NCBI GenBank assembly: GCA_964343665.1
Contig: CAYFJY010000001.1
Coordinates: forward strand, 1 to 37,094
Reading direction: 5' to 3'
Origin: an uncultured Actinomycetes bacterium
GTDB lineage: Bacteria > Actinomycetota > Actinomycetes > Nanopelagicales > Nanopelagicaceae
Length of the DNA stretch: 37,094 nucleotides
The translations under genes were made by a program, and so were the position numbers. The first letter of the stretch is position 1, and each line of letters begins with the position of its first letter. This document shows, in pieces, positions 1 through 10,003 of this stretch. Under the pieces are notes generated by a model that did no database searches, was not told where the DNA came from, and saw only the letters and a list, made by a program, of their open reading frames with translations.

Positions 1-31
1 ACCTGTGTTCAAGGGTTGATAAGGTAAAGAC

Positions 32-382
32 ATGGAACCAGGTGGCATTGCAACGATTATTGCAGCGACTTCACTGTTGGTTATCGCTTTTGCGCTTGGC
101 TATGCGGTAATTCGTTTGAGTCGCTTGATTGACGAGGCCAAGGTGACTTTAAAGGCGTTCACTGATGAAACGACTCCTTTAATTAAGGAATCGACTCGCA
201 CAGTTGAACTGGTCAATGGTCCGCTTGAGAGCATCAATAAAATCACTAAAAATGTTGAAGCGGTCTCTGACAAAGTCGCTGGCGCTGCAGATACCTTTGT
301 CAGTAAAGGTGGACCAGCTGTTAAAGCGCTTGGATTATTGGCTAGCGCTGCATCTGCGAAGAAACGCGGAAAGAAAAAGTAA
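32..382 (+). CDS. small membrane-anchored protein, DUF948-like (conserved actinobacterial neighbour of alaS)
   Basis: 116-aa ORF. It has a single N-terminal hydrophobic helix (GIATIIAATSLLVIAFALGYAVI) followed by a helical/charged tail ending KKRGKKK. It lies directly upstream of alaS, and its TAA stop abuts the alaS TTG start. Family name is from memory, not searched. Confidence 0.6.
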   Translation: MEPGGIATIIAATSLLVIAFALGYAVIRLSRLIDEAKVTLKAFTDETTPLIKESTRTVELVNGPLESINKITKNVEAVSDKVAGAADTFVSKGGPAVKALGLLASAASAKKRGKKK

Positions 383-3055
383 TTGGAATCCGCAGATATT
401 CGCGCAAGGTGGTTGCGCTTCTTTGAGTCTGGAAATCGCGAAAATCTTCCACATGTTGTAGTGCCTTCAGCCTCGCTAATTGCAGATGATCCAAATTTAT
501 TACTCGTTAATGCTGGAATGGTTCCATTCAAACCATACTTTCTTGGCGAGGTAACTCCACCTTTCAAACGTGCGACTTCAGTTCAGAAATGCGTTCGCAC
601 CCTTGATATCGACGAAGTAGGAAAGACAACTCGCCATGCATCTTTCTTTCAGATGTGTGGCAATTTCTCTTTTGGTGATTATTTTAAAGAAGGAGCAATC
701 TCGCTTGCTTGGGATCTTTTAACGAGGCCGGTGACGGATGGCGGTTATGGTTTCCCTGAGAGCCGACTTTGGGTGACTGTTTATCAGGATGATGATGAAG
801 CGGCGGATATTTGGCATAAGAAGATCGGAATTCCTAAAGAGCGAATTCAACGTCGTGATATGAATGATAATTATTGGTCTATGGGTGTACCTGGCCCTTG
901 TGGACCTTGTTCTGAAATTTATTATGACCGCGGACCAGAGTATGGAAAAGATGGCGGTCCGATTGCAGATGAAGAGCGTTATTTAGAGGTTTGGAATCTA
1001 GTCTTCATGCAATTCGAAAGAGGAGCCGGAGCAGGTAAGACCGATTACCCAATTCTCGGAGAGTTGCCAAATAAAAATATCGATACTGGTCTAGGCCTTG
1101 AACGAATGGCTGCAATCTTGCAAGGCGTAGAGAATATTTATGAGATTGATACAACGAAAGTTATTTTAAATAAGGCAGTTGAATTGACAGGTGTTAAATA
1201 TGGCGCAGCTGAAAGAAGTGATGTTTCACTTCGAGTCATCGCCGACCATGCTCGCACAGCCGCCATGCTTATATGCGATGGTGTAACGCCTGGCAATGAA
1301 GGTCGCGGCTATGTACTTCGCAGAATGATGCGTAGAACAATCAGAAATATGCGGTTACTAGGCTCACAAGAACCAGTTATAAGAGAGTTAATCTCGGCAT
1401 CTATCACTGCTATGGGAACACAGTATCCAGAGTTGATTACAGACCAGAGCAGAATCCAAAAAGTTGCTGTCGCTGAAGAAGATTCATTTCTGCAAACTTT
1501 AAAAAGTGGAACGCAAATCTTTGATACTGCTGCGGGAGAAGTAAAAGCATCTGGCGGCCGAGTGCTATCAGGAGATGCGGCCTTTAAATTGCATGATACG
1601 TATGGCTTTCCGATTGACTTAACACTTGAAATGGCGAACGAACAGGGCTTGCAAGTGGACGCTAATGGATTCCGTAGATTGATGAAGGAACAGAAGGATC
1701 GCGCAAAGGCTGATTCAAAAGCTAAGAAAAGTGGCCATACTGATTTAACTGAATATCGAAAGATTGCAGATGAGATGGGGCTATCTGAATTCATCGGCTA
1801 CAGCCATACCGAATCTGAATCCAAAGTTCGTGGTCTGCTAGTAGATGGGAAAATTTCAACTAACGCTTCTGAAGGCGATGAAGTCGAGATAGTTTTAGAT
1901 CGCACTCCTTTTTATGCTGAAGGTGGCGGTCAATTAGCAGATGGTGGTGTAATTACTCTAAGTAACGGAACAAAAATACAAATAGATGATGTTCAAGCGC
2001 CAGTCCCTTCACTAAGCGTTCATAAAGGGCGCGTAATAGTAGGTTCACTTGAAGTCGGCAATGATGTTCATGCAGTTATTGATCTTGAGCGCAGACGTGC
2101 AATTTCTAGGGCGCACTCTGCTACCCATATGGTTCATAAAGCCTTTCGTGAAATTTTGGGAGAGACCGCCACACAAGCGGGATCTGAAAATTCACCAGGT
2201 CGCTTCCGTTTCGATTTCCCTTCAACTGGAGCAGTTCCATTCTCAGTTTTAAATGATGTCGAATCAAGAGTAAACGCATTATTGCTTGAAGATTGGGAAG
2301 TTACGGCTGAGGTCATGAGCCAAGACGAGGCTAAGAAACTTGGTGCAATGGCTCTATTCGGAGAGAAATATGGGGATCGAGTTCGTGTAGTGAGCGTCGG
2401 AGATTGGGCTCGCGAGCTTTGCGGAGGAACGCATGTCTCCCGTACGGGACAACTTGGCATAGTTAAATTGCTTTCAGAGTCATCTATCGGTGCAGGTGTT
2501 AGAAGAGTTGAGGCTCTAGTAGGAGCCGATGCTTATAAGTTCCTCGCCAGAGAAAATATTCTCGTCAACCAATTGGTGGATTTAATCAAAGGCACCAAGC
2601 CAGAGGAACTCCCAGAGAGAATATCTGACTTAATAAATAGATTGAAAGAAACTGAACGGGAGTTAAATCAATTCCGCTCTGCTCAAGCACTGGCTCAAGT
2701 TTCTGGGCTTTTGGAGAATGCAAAGAATTTCGGTGATTTCAAATTATTAGCTTCAGAGATTGGTGACGGTGTATCCGTGGAAGATTTACGGACAATGGCA
2801 CTAGATATTAAGAATCGTTTGGGTGAATCCGTGGTGGCGTTAGCGAGTAACAATGGTGGTAAACCAATAGTGGTTGTGGCTACGAGTGAAGTTGCCAGAA
2901 ATAAAGGGATAAAAGCAGGAGCTTTGGTTAAATTGGCATCATCGGTTCTTGGCGGTGGCGGTGGCGGTAAAGATGATTTTGCACAAGGTGGCGGTACCAA
3001 TTCAGCTGAGATCCCTAATGCTTTAAAAGCGATAGAGAAGGCGATCGCCAAGTAA
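383..3055 (+). CDS. alaS: alanine--tRNA ligase
   Basis: 890-aa ORF. Class II AlaRS motifs are present: [56 protein letters not shown]. The editing-domain HSATHM..H and CGGTHV are present, as is the C-terminal DHHA1 Gly run [18 protein letters not shown] at 383 is the only plausible start, because a stop lies immediately upstream in frame. Confidence 0.97.
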   Translation: MESADIRARWLRFFESGNRENLPHVVVPSASLIADDPNLLLVNAGMVPFKPYFLGEVTPPFKRATSVQKCVRTLDIDEVGKTTRHASFFQMCGNFSFGDYFKEGAISLAWDLLTRPVTDGGYGFPESRLWVTVYQDDDEAADIWHKKIGIPKERIQRRDMNDNYWSMGVPGPCGPCSEIYYDRGPEYGKDGGPIADEERYLEVWNLVFMQFERGAGAGKTDYPILGELPNKNIDTGLGLERMAAILQGVENIYEIDTTKVILNKAVELTGVKYGAAERSDVSLRVIADHARTAAMLICDGVTPGNEGRGYVLRRMMRRTIRNMRLLGSQEPVIRELISASITAMGTQYPELITDQSRIQKVAVAEEDSFLQTLKSGTQIFDTAAGEVKASGGRVLSGDAAFKLHDTYGFPIDLTLEMANEQGLQVDANGFRRLMKEQKDRAKADSKAKKSGHTDLTEYRKIADEMGLSEFIGYSHTESESKVRGLLVDGKISTNASEGDEVEIVLDRTPFYAEGGGQLADGGVITLSNGTKIQIDDVQAPVPSLSVHKGRVIVGSLEVGNDVHAVIDLERRRAISRAHSATHMVHKAFREILGETATQAGSENSPGRFRFDFPSTGAVPFSVLNDVESRVNALLLEDWEVTAEVMSQDEAKKLGAMALFGEKYGDRVRVVSVGDWARELCGGTHVSRTGQLGIVKLLSESSIGAGVRRVEALVGADAYKFLARENILVNQLVDLIKGTKPEELPERISDLINRLKETERELNQFRSAQALAQVSGLLENAKNFGDFKLLASEIGDGVSVEDLRTMALDIKNRLGESVVALASNNGGKPIVVVATSEVARNKGIKAGALVKLASSVLGGGGGGKDDFAQGGGTNSAEIPNALKAIEKAIAK

Positions 3056-3474
3056 TGACTTTTGGCCGCCGACTCGGAGTTGATTTCGGTCAGGCTCGCA
3101 TTGGTATCGCAATCTGCGATGCTGATGGAATGGTTAGTACGCCTCTAGTAACTTTAAAAAATGATAAAAAACTTCTCTCAGAACTCGCCAAAATAGTTAA
3201 TGAGTATCAACCTATTGGCATCTACTTAGGAAAACCAATTCATCTAAGCGGAGTAGAAGGCGCCACTGTCGAAAACGTCGCTAAATTTGCCGAAGAGCTC
3301 AAGAATAGTTTTGATCTACCCATCACCTATGTGGATGAGAGATTAACGAGTGGCCAAGCTGCAAAATCACTAAAAACCGCTGGCAAAAGCGCTCGTGAAT
3401 CTCGTGAATTCATTGATCAATTGGCAGCAGTTTCGATACTTGAATTGGGAATCCAAATTGAAAAACGCAATTAA
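3055..3474 (+). CDS. ruvX: putative pre-16S rRNA nuclease / Holliday junction resolvase-like YqgF
   Basis: 139-aa ORF. The N-terminal RLGVDFGQARIGIAICD matches the YqgF/RuvX signature (G-x-D-x-G-x-x-R-x-G-x-A). It has a TAATG overlap with the alaS stop and the conserved position after alaS. Confidence 0.9.
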   Translation: MTFGRRLGVDFGQARIGIAICDADGMVSTPLVTLKNDKKLLSELAKIVNEYQPIGIYLGKPIHLSGVEGATVENVAKFAEELKNSFDLPITYVDERLTSGQAAKSLKTAGKSARESREFIDQLAAVSILELGIQIEKRN

Positions 3475-4462
3475 GAAATATTGGCCTGCTGCAGCGGGGC
3501 TGGCTTTTACCTTTCTTTTAGCATTCGCTTTACATCTGATCCGAGTTAACTTAGCGCAAGAGGCCAATTTTCCTACTCGTGATATTTCTGCAAATGAATC
3601 GATTGTAAATATAGAGGTGGGTGATGCAGCCTCTGGTCTTGAGATAGCCAAGAACCTTTATGAAAACGGTGTAACGGCATCGATTACATCTTTTTATCAA
3701 CTAGCAATCTCGGATCCACGAGCGATTCAGATCTCACCTGGTACACATAGGCTAAACAAGAAGATATCTGCTAAGCAGGCGCTGGAACAATTATTGGACC
3801 CTAAGCGAAATGCAGGTTTAGTAGGGATCGTTGAGGGATCTTGGCGAAGTGAGATCTTTCAGAAATTACGTAAGGTGGGTTTCGATAACCTAGAGAAGGC
3901 AGTGAAGGAAATTGATGTTCCCAAAGGTTTCAACTCAATCGAGGGCATATTCTTTCCCGCACAATATTCCTTTGCAAAAGGAACTACATCTGTTCAAGCC
4001 TTACAAACCATGGTGGATCGATTCAATATAGAGATTGCAAAGATTGGTTTGAAATCAGAAAAAGAATTGATCATTGCTTCGCTGATACAGGCAGAGGGAG
4101 ACCCAGTTGATTTTCCTAAAATATCACGGGTTATCTATAATCGATTAAAAATTGGAATGCCGCTTCAATTGGATACCACTGTTCAATATGTTCTAAAAAA
4201 ACGCGGTTCGGTCTATCTTTCATCCAAATCCACTCAATTAAATTCACCCTACAACACCTATAAGCGATATGGGCTTCCAATCGCACCAATAGGTAATCCT
4301 GGGGCAGCGGCCATGAAAGCGGCGCTATCGCCCGCAGATGGTGATTGGCTCTATTTCATCACTGTAAAACCCAGAGATACTAGGTTTACCAAGTCGCATG
4401 ATGAATTCTTGAAATGGAAGAATGAATACTTGAATAATCTTCGAGCCGGAGCATTTAAATGA
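3395..4462 (+). CDS. mltG: endolytic murein transglycosylase MltG (YceG-like)
   Basis: N-terminal TM segment (YWPAAAGLAFTFLLAFALHLI). YceG motifs IIASLIQAEG and SPYNTYKRYGLPIAPIGNPGAAAMKAALSP are present. The start is uncertain: the ORF opens at GTG 3395 (80-nt overlap with ruvX), and an in-frame TTG at 3458 (17-nt overlap) is at least as plausible. Confidence 0.88.
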   Translation: MNLVNSLINWQQFRYLNWESKLKNAIKKYWPAAAGLAFTFLLAFALHLIRVNLAQEANFPTRDISANESIVNIEVGDAASGLEIAKNLYENGVTASITSFYQLAISDPRAIQISPGTHRLNKKISAKQALEQLLDPKRNAGLVGIVEGSWRSEIFQKLRKVGFDNLEKAVKEIDVPKGFNSIEGIFFPAQYSFAKGTTSVQALQTMVDRFNIEIAKIGLKSEKELIIASLIQAEGDPVDFPKISRVIYNRLKIGMPLQLDTTVQYVLKKRGSVYLSSKSTQLNSPYNTYKRYGLPIAPIGNPGAAAMKAALSPADGDWLYFITVKPRDTRFTKSHDEFLKWKNEYLNNLRAGAFK

Positions 4463-5268
4463 GAAAACGCGCTGCAGTGCTGGGGTCTCCGATCTCTCAT
4501 TCACTGTCTCCTGCATTACATAACGCTGCTTATCTAGCTCTTGGTATTGAAGGTAAATATGATGCTGTTGAAGTTGGTAGTGGCCAATTAATTGATTTCA
4601 TGGCTCGAGTCCGTCAAGTAGACGCAGAGTGGATCGGATTCTCTTTAACCATGCCCTTGAAAGAGGAGATCTTTAACGTTGCAGATCGAATAGATCCTTT
4701 AGCAAAGCAGATTAATTCCGGAAATACCTTACTTCCTACAAGTGAGGGTTGGTTAGCGACCACAACCGATGTCTCCGGATTCATTTGGGCCCTAGCAGCC
4801 AATGAAGTTAACGATTTCAGAGTAGTCCAAATCATCGGAGCCGGTGGAACAGCAAGAGCCGCGGCTTCTGCAGTTGATGCGCCAGGCAGAACTATCCAAG
4901 TTGTTAGTAGAAATCCCAATCGTGAGACTGATATGAGAAATGCAGTAACAATGGCTTCTATCTCTTTTGTTGATTGGAACCAAGTTAAGTTAGATGCGGA
5001 TTTAGTAATTAATACAACTCCAATTGGGGTGGCGGATAATTTAGATTTGTCAGGGGTCGGTAAAGCTGTCTTATTTGAATCCCTTTATAATCCTTGGCCG
5101 ACTAAATTAGCGGCAAATTGGCCGGGAAAAGTGATCGATGGTTTAGAACTTTTGGTACATCAAGCGGTGGACCAGATTCATTTAATGACAGGTTTTGTAA
5201 TTGATCGGAATCTAATGGCTCCAATATTACGTACTGCTGGGGAGGCAGAACTTAGAGATCGTTTATGA
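4459..5268 (+). CDS. aroE: shikimate dehydrogenase
   Basis: 269 aa. Motifs: LGSPISHSLSPALHNAAY, FSLTMPLKEE, NTL, and the Rossmann stretch IIGAGGTARAA. ATGA overlap with mltG. Confidence 0.92.
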   Translation: MRKRAAVLGSPISHSLSPALHNAAYLALGIEGKYDAVEVGSGQLIDFMARVRQVDAEWIGFSLTMPLKEEIFNVADRIDPLAKQINSGNTLLPTSEGWLATTTDVSGFIWALAANEVNDFRVVQIIGAGGTARAAASAVDAPGRTIQVVSRNPNRETDMRNAVTMASISFVDWNQVKLDADLVINTTPIGVADNLDLSGVGKAVLFESLYNPWPTKLAANWPGKVIDGLELLVHQAVDQIHLMTGFVIDRNLMAPILRTAGEAELRDRL

Positions 5269-5666
5269 TTTTCATTCCGATCATGTGGCTTGCATTAGCG
5301 AGTTATTTTGATTTGAAATATAAGCGGATTCCAAACTGGTTGACCTATCCCGCGATACTGATATCGATCTTGGCTGCAATGGGAAATATTTCACATAACA
5401 AAGAGAAGTTCCATCTTCTAAACTTTCTAATCTTTCTCTTACTTCTCAGCATTTTTCTCATCTTCTTCACGAAGAATTTGATTGGAGGAGGAGATATAAA
5501 ACTTGGGATCGCTATCGCAATCTGGTCAGATGCTCATGGTTTGCCACAAAATTGGCTGACCTTCGCCTTCCTGATCGGTGGTTTATATGCTCTAATCCTT
5601 CGAAGCCGTTCTATCGTTTTCGCTCCATTCATGGCTCTTGGTTTTCTGATAGCAAATTTGTTCTAG
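5265..5666 (+). CDS. A24-family (prepilin-type) aspartic peptidase, minimal form
   Basis: 133 aa, polytopic and hydrophobic. Both catalytic-Asp contexts of the A24 family are visible: FDLKYKRIPN and GGGDIKLG. ATGA overlap with aroE. There is no N-methyltransferase domain. Confidence 0.7.
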   Translation: MIFIPIMWLALASYFDLKYKRIPNWLTYPAILISILAAMGNISHNKEKFHLLNFLIFLLLLSIFLIFFTKNLIGGGDIKLGIAIAIWSDAHGLPQNWLTFAFLIGGLYALILRSRSIVFAPFMALGFLIANLF

Positions 5667-5718
5667 AAGATAAGTAAATTTGGCGCGAGAGATGGATAAT
5701 CTCTGAAATAATCACCCA

Positions 5719-6897
5719 ATGCGTTGGTTAACTGCCGGAGAGTCACATGGTCCAGTACTAACTGGAATCATCGAGGGTTTGCCCGCTCACATTCAGATAA
5801 CGACTGCTGATATTGATCGTGAACTTGCAAGGCGACGATTAGGGTTTGGACGCGGCGCCCGCCAAAACTTCGAGGCAGATAAAGTGAGAATCACAGGCGG
5901 TGTTCGTTTAGGTGAGAGCCAAGGTGGCCCTATAAGCGTTGAAGTTGCTAATAGCGAATGGCCTAAATGGGAAAAGGTAATGTCAGCAGACCCAGTACCT
6001 GAAGAAGAGATTTCAAAACTAGCTCGCAATGCGCCACTTACTCGTCCAAGACCTGGTCACGCCGATTTAGTTGGTATGCAAAAGTATGGATTCAACGATG
6101 CAAGAGCGATTTTAGAACGTGCATCTGCACGTGAGACTGCTGCAAGAGTGGCACTTGGTGCGATCGCCAAGGCATTTTTAAAGCAGAGTGTTGATATCGA
6201 AATTTTAAGCCACGTAGTTTCTATTGGTCAGGCGAAAGTTGCCGAGAACGCTCCATTACCAAGTATGAAAGATTTAATAAAGATAGATGAAAACCCAGTT
6301 CGCTGCGCTGATGACGATGGCAGCAAATTGATGATCGCTGAAATAGAGAACGCCCATAAGGATGGAGATACTCTCGGTGGTGTCGTAGAAGTTATTGCTT
6401 TTAATGTCCCAGTCGGATTAGGTTCCCATGTACATTGGGATCGCAGATTAGATTCACGTTTGGCTGCTGCATTGATGGGTATTCAAGCTATAAAGGGCGT
6501 TGAACTTGGAGATGGTTTCCTAACTGCGACTCGTAGGGGTTCTGTAGCTCATGATGAGATTGATCTTAAAGATGGACAAGTAGTTCGCAGATCCAAACGA
6601 GCAGGTGGAACTGAAGGTGGCATAAGTACTGGAGATATTCTTAGAGTTCGCGCTGCAATGAAACCAATTTCTACAGTTCCTAAAGCGTTAGACACGATTG
6701 ATGTGGCAACAGGCGAAGCAGCTAAAGCAATCAATCAACGTTCTGATGTCTGCGCAGTTCCTGCAGCAGGAGTTGTGTCGGAAGCCATGGTCGCATTAGT
6801 TCTTGCAGAGGCTGTTCTGGAAAAATTCGGTGGCGATTCAATCAATGAAACGCGTCGAAACTATGAGAATTTTATTGAGCATCTTTCCTTTAAATAA
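5719..6897 (+). CDS. aroC: chorismate synthase
   Basis: 392 aa. Motifs: [18 protein letters not shown].., [37 protein letters not shown]. Confidence 0.97.
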   Translation: MRWLTAGESHGPVLTGIIEGLPAHIQITTADIDRELARRRLGFGRGARQNFEADKVRITGGVRLGESQGGPISVEVANSEWPKWEKVMSADPVPEEEISKLARNAPLTRPRPGHADLVGMQKYGFNDARAILERASARETAARVALGAIAKAFLKQSVDIEILSHVVSIGQAKVAENAPLPSMKDLIKIDENPVRCADDDGSKLMIAEIENAHKDGDTLGGVVEVIAFNVPVGLGSHVHWDRRLDSRLAAALMGIQAIKGVELGDGFLTATRRGSVAHDEIDLKDGQVVRRSKRAGGTEGGISTGDILRVRAAMKPISTVPKALDTIDVATGEAAKAINQRSDVCAVPAAGVVSEAMVALVLAEAVLEKFGGDSINETRRNYENFIEHLSFK

Positions 6898-6936
6898 TAT
6901 TCGTTCTAACAGGGATTAGGGAGCCAGGAAACAGAA

Positions 6937-7440
6937 GTGCCACCAAATTTAATTCTTATCGGGCCGATGGGTGCTGGTAAAAGCACGGTAGGTGCAGAAG
7001 TGGCCAAAAATTTGAATTTAACTTTCTCTGACACTGATTCTCTTATTGAGATAGACCAAGGCAAGAGCATCTCAGATATCTTTGTTGAAGATGGAGAGAC
7101 ACATTTTCGTCTCGTAGAAGAGAGCATCGTTATTGACGCTTTGAAGCAAGAAGCAGGAGTTCTCTCTCTCGGTGGCGGAGCAGTTATGAATCTTGAAGTT
7201 CAGAGAGCTCTTAAGGAAAGTGGTGCCAAGGTAATCTTCTTAGATATCTCACTTAGCGCTGTAGTTCCACGCATCGGATTTGATACCCCAAGACCGCTTT
7301 TGATGGTCAATCCACGACAACGATGGAATGAGTTGATGCAAGAGAGACGTCCAACGTATGAAGCGTTGGCTGATTTAAGAATCGATGTAAGCGAATTATC
7401 GGTAGATCAAGCTGTAGCAAGGATAATTGAGTCCATATGA
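6937..7440 (+). CDS. aroK: shikimate kinase
   Basis: 167 aa with a GTG start. P-loop LIGPMGAGKSTVG, DTD, FR..E and GGG motifs are present. Confidence 0.93.
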   Translation: MPPNLILIGPMGAGKSTVGAEVAKNLNLTFSDTDSLIEIDQGKSISDIFVEDGETHFRLVEESIVIDALKQEAGVLSLGGGAVMNLEVQRALKESGAKVIFLDISLSAVVPRIGFDTPRPLLMVNPRQRWNELMQERRPTYEALADLRIDVSELSVDQAVARIIESI

Positions 7441-8468
7441 GAACTGTTCCTGTATCTGCCGAAAGGTCGTACCAAGTTGAAATTGGAGTTGATTGGCGAA
7501 TCGCTTTAGAAGATTGGAGCGAAGGTCGTAATAAAGTAGTAGTTATCGCAAGCGAGAATTTTCCTATCAAGAGCAATTACCCAACTATTAATGTGCCTGA
7601 TGGAGAAGCGAGCAAAAGCATTCACTCTCTTGATCAAGTTTGGAATGAATTCGGCAAATTAAGTTTGAGTCGAGGCGACCTAATTGTTGCCATTGGCGGT
7701 GGCACGGTTACTGATTTAACCGGCTTTGCCGCAGCTACTTGGATGCGTGGGATTGATTGGCTCGCTATTCCGACAACAGTTGCAGGGATGGTAGATGCTG
7801 CTGTAGGTGGAAAAACTGGAATTAATTCGGCCCATGGAAAGAATTTGATTGGATCTTTTCACTCACCAGTTGGTGTGTTGGTCGATTTAGATTTTATCGA
7901 AACTTTAACTGAACGAGATTTGGCCGCAGGTATGGCTGAAGTTGTTAAATGTGGCTTTATCTCTGATCCGGAAATATTGAAATTGTTGTCAAAGAAGGTT
8001 CTAAAGGACGTCATAAACGATTCGGAATTGCAGCTTGAACTGATATATAGAGCTATATCTGTCAAAGCTAAAGTTGTAGGAGAAGATTTCAAAGAGAGCT
8101 ACCTTCGTGAAATTCTAAATTATGGGCATACCTTGGGCCATGCGATAGAGAAACACTCCGGGTATTCACTCAGGCATGGAGAGGCTATATCTATTGGAAT
8201 GTGCTTTGCCGCAGAGCTAGGCAATCTAAAGTTGGGCCTAACTAAGGATTTAGTCGATTTGCATTACGAGATTCTAAATGCATTGAAATTGCCGACTTCT
8301 TACATGCCCAATGCATGGGAAGCGCTAGAGCAAGCCATGTATTCCGATAAGAAAGTTAAAAATGGCTCACTCAGATTTGTTGGTATTGATTCGATAGCCT
8401 CATGTAGAAGAATTGAGGACGCTACAAAACAGGAACTAATAGAGTGTTATGAGAGAATTTCCCAATGA
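7437..8468 (+). CDS. aroB: 3-dehydroquinate synthase
   Basis: 343 aa. Motifs: GGGTVTDLTGFAAATWMRGIDWLAIPTTVAGMVDAAVGGKTGIN and HTLGHAIE. ATGA overlap with aroK. Confidence 0.96.
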   Translation: MRTVPVSAERSYQVEIGVDWRIALEDWSEGRNKVVVIASENFPIKSNYPTINVPDGEASKSIHSLDQVWNEFGKLSLSRGDLIVAIGGGTVTDLTGFAAATWMRGIDWLAIPTTVAGMVDAAVGGKTGINSAHGKNLIGSFHSPVGVLVDLDFIETLTERDLAAGMAEVVKCGFISDPEILKLLSKKVLKDVINDSELQLELIYRAISVKAKVVGEDFKESYLREILNYGHTLGHAIEKHSGYSLRHGEAISIGMCFAAELGNLKLGLTKDLVDLHYEILNALKLPTSYMPNAWEALEQAMYSDKKVKNGSLRFVGIDSIASCRRIEDATKQELIECYERISQ

Positions 8469-8905
8469 GCTCACTAAAGGTCCTAATCTTAAATGGCCCA
8501 AATCTTGGTCGCCTAGACATTAGAGATTCCAAGATCTACGGTGACTTAAATTGGCAGCAATTGTCAGAGCTAATCAAAGAGGGTGCGAGTAAATTAGGTT
8601 TTGATGCGGATATTCGCCAAAGTGATGAAGAAGCAACCATCGTATCGTGGCTACACGAAGCAGCAGATAGGAATCTGCCAGTAATAATCAATCCTGCAGC
8701 ATTCACGCATTATTCGATTGCGATTCATGATGCTGCGGAATTGGTAAAAGCTCCTATTATTGAGGTTCATTTATCTAACCCCATGTCTCGTGAAGAATTC
8801 CGGCACACCTCTGTGATAAGCGGTGTTGCTAAGGGAACTATCTCTGGTTTTGGACCGAATTCATATTTACTAGCGCTAAATGCCCTTAAATCATTAATTT
8901 CATAA
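8465..8905 (+). CDS. aroQ: type II 3-dehydroquinate dehydratase
   Basis: 146 aa. Motifs: LILNGPNLGRLD...IYG, INPAAFTHYSIAIHDA, EVHLSN. ATGA overlap with aroB. Confidence 0.96.
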   Translation: MSSLKVLILNGPNLGRLDIRDSKIYGDLNWQQLSELIKEGASKLGFDADIRQSDEEATIVSWLHEAADRNLPVIINPAAFTHYSIAIHDAAELVKAPIIEVHLSNPMSREEFRHTSVISGVAKGTISGFGPNSYLLALNALKSLIS

Positions 8906-8976
8906 AACCCTAATTTCTTGAATTAGTGTAGTTGCAGGTATCCTTCGCAAGTTGAAATCAATTTATAGGAGTTTTC

Positions 8977-9534
8977 GTGGCAACAACAAATGACCTGAAA
9001 AATGGCATGACTTTGGATATTGATGGTTCGCTTTGGACCGTTGTTGAGTTCCAACATGTAAAGCCAGGTAAGGGACCCGCATTCGTACGTACTAAATTGA
9101 AGCAGGTACTAACTGGAAAGGTTGTTGAGAAGACGTTCAACGCTGGTGTTAAAGTTGAAGTTGCGGTGCTTGAGAAACGCGACATGCAGTATCTATATAA
9201 AGACGGTGGCGATTTCGTTTTCATGGACACAGTTTCTTATGATCAGATCACAATACCAGCGGCAACAGTCGGTGATGCCGCTAATTACATGCTAGAAAAT
9301 TGCGAAGCAATTGTCGCAATGCATGAAGGCAACCCACTTTATGTTGAGCTCCCTGCTTCGGTTGCGCTAGAAATTACTTACACTGAACCAGGTATCCAAG
9401 GAGATCGTTCTTCAGGAGGAACCAAGCCAGCGACTCTTGAGACTGGAATTGATATCCAGGTTCCTCTATTCATCAAGCAGGGCGAAAAGATTCTTGTTGA
9501 TACTAGAGATGGCTCATATTTGGGCCGAGCTTAA
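8977..9534 (+). CDS. efp: elongation factor P (PGKGP-loop, actinobacterial type)
   Basis: 185 aa with a GTG start preceded by TAGGAG. Motifs: [39 protein letters not shown]. The KPGKGP loop is the palindromic loop type described for actinobacterial EF-P. Confidence 0.97.
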   Translation: MATTNDLKNGMTLDIDGSLWTVVEFQHVKPGKGPAFVRTKLKQVLTGKVVEKTFNAGVKVEVAVLEKRDMQYLYKDGGDFVFMDTVSYDQITIPAATVGDAANYMLENCEAIVAMHEGNPLYVELPASVALEITYTEPGIQGDRSSGGTKPATLETGIDIQVPLFIKQGEKILVDTRDGSYLGRA

Positions 9535-9555
9535 AAAGCGCGTAAATTAAAAGAT

Positions 9556-9933
9556 ATGTCCGCGCGTTCTAAATCCCGAAAAGAGGCGTTAGATCACCTC
9601 TTTGAGGCAGATTTAAGAAACTGCGAAATTAATTCCGACTCACTCCGTGATTATGCTGCAGAGATATTAATGGGAGTAAAGAACAATAAATCTCGCATTG
9701 ATGAGTTAATCAGAACATACATACAAGGCTGGGATTTTGATCGATTGCCAAGAGTTGACCGCAATATCTTGAGGTTAGCTATTTGGGAGCTTCTCTGGAG
9801 CGAGGTTCCTGAAGCAGTAGTTATCGACGAAGCTATAAAGCTTGCGACCGAACTCTCAACCGAAGATTCACCGAGTTTCATTCATGGTGTTTTGGGCAAA
9901 TTGGCGAGCCTCAAGGGAGAAATTGCCCTTTAG
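9556..9933 (+). CDS. nusB: transcription antitermination factor NusB
   Basis: 125 aa. Motifs: R.K.R..AL..LFEADL, DRLPRVDRNILRLAIWELL, VVIDEAIKLA, FIHGVLG. It has the conserved efp-nusB pairing. Confidence 0.92.
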   Translation: MSARSKSRKEALDHLFEADLRNCEINSDSLRDYAAEILMGVKNNKSRIDELIRTYIQGWDFDRLPRVDRNILRLAIWELLWSEVPEAVVIDEAIKLATELSTEDSPSFIHGVLGKLASLKGEIAL

Positions 9934-9961
9934 CCGCATGCGTCGGCTATTATTCGCAGAA

Positions 9962-9996
9962 TCCTTTAACGACCCATCCAGAGAGGTGGGGAAGGT
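9962..9996 (+). promoter_or_regulatory. PyrR-binding RNA stem-loop overlapping the pyrR Shine-Dalgarno
   Basis: Exact UCCAGAGAGG core (9977-9986) of the PyrR binding-loop consensus. It is embedded in a hairpin: 9973-9975 CCC pairs with 9988-9990 GGG, 9978-9979 CC with 9985-9986 GG, and a lower stem pairs 9963-9966 CCTT with 9992-9995 AAGG. The 3' arm is the purine-rich SD (GGGGAAGG) 8 nt before the pyrR ATG at 10004. Confidence 0.7.
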
Positions 9997-10003
9997 GGTT
10001 TAA

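Noticed and set aside
1309-1794. Other long antisense or shadow ORFs inside well-supported genes: 100-567(-), 1309-1794(-), 16224-16595(-), 18971-19366(-), 19486-19833(-), 27197-27601(-), 33101-33487(+), 33906-34370(-), 35174-35713(+).
   Set aside because: Each is fully nested in a gene with strong family motifs on the opposite strand. Their translations are compositionally odd (S/P/R/A-rich) and motif-free, and they lack start-codon context. I treat them as shadow ORFs.
2951-2968. A (GGCGGT)x3 microsatellite.
   Set aside because: It encodes the conserved GGGGGG loop of the AlaRS C-terminal DHHA1 domain. The repeat is a coding consequence, not an independent element.
5687-5704. A small hairpin (AGAGAT-ggata-ATCTCT) in the A24 peptidase-aroC spacer.
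   Set aside because: It is a 6-bp AT-rich stem with no U-tract and no conserved motif, which is indistinguishable from chance.
9932-9948. A hairpin AGCCG-catgcgt-CGGCT followed by ATTATT just after the nusB stop, possibly a terminator separating efp-nusB from the pyr operon.
   Set aside because: The stem is only 5 bp and the U-tract is interrupted. This is too weak to call without Term-seq data.
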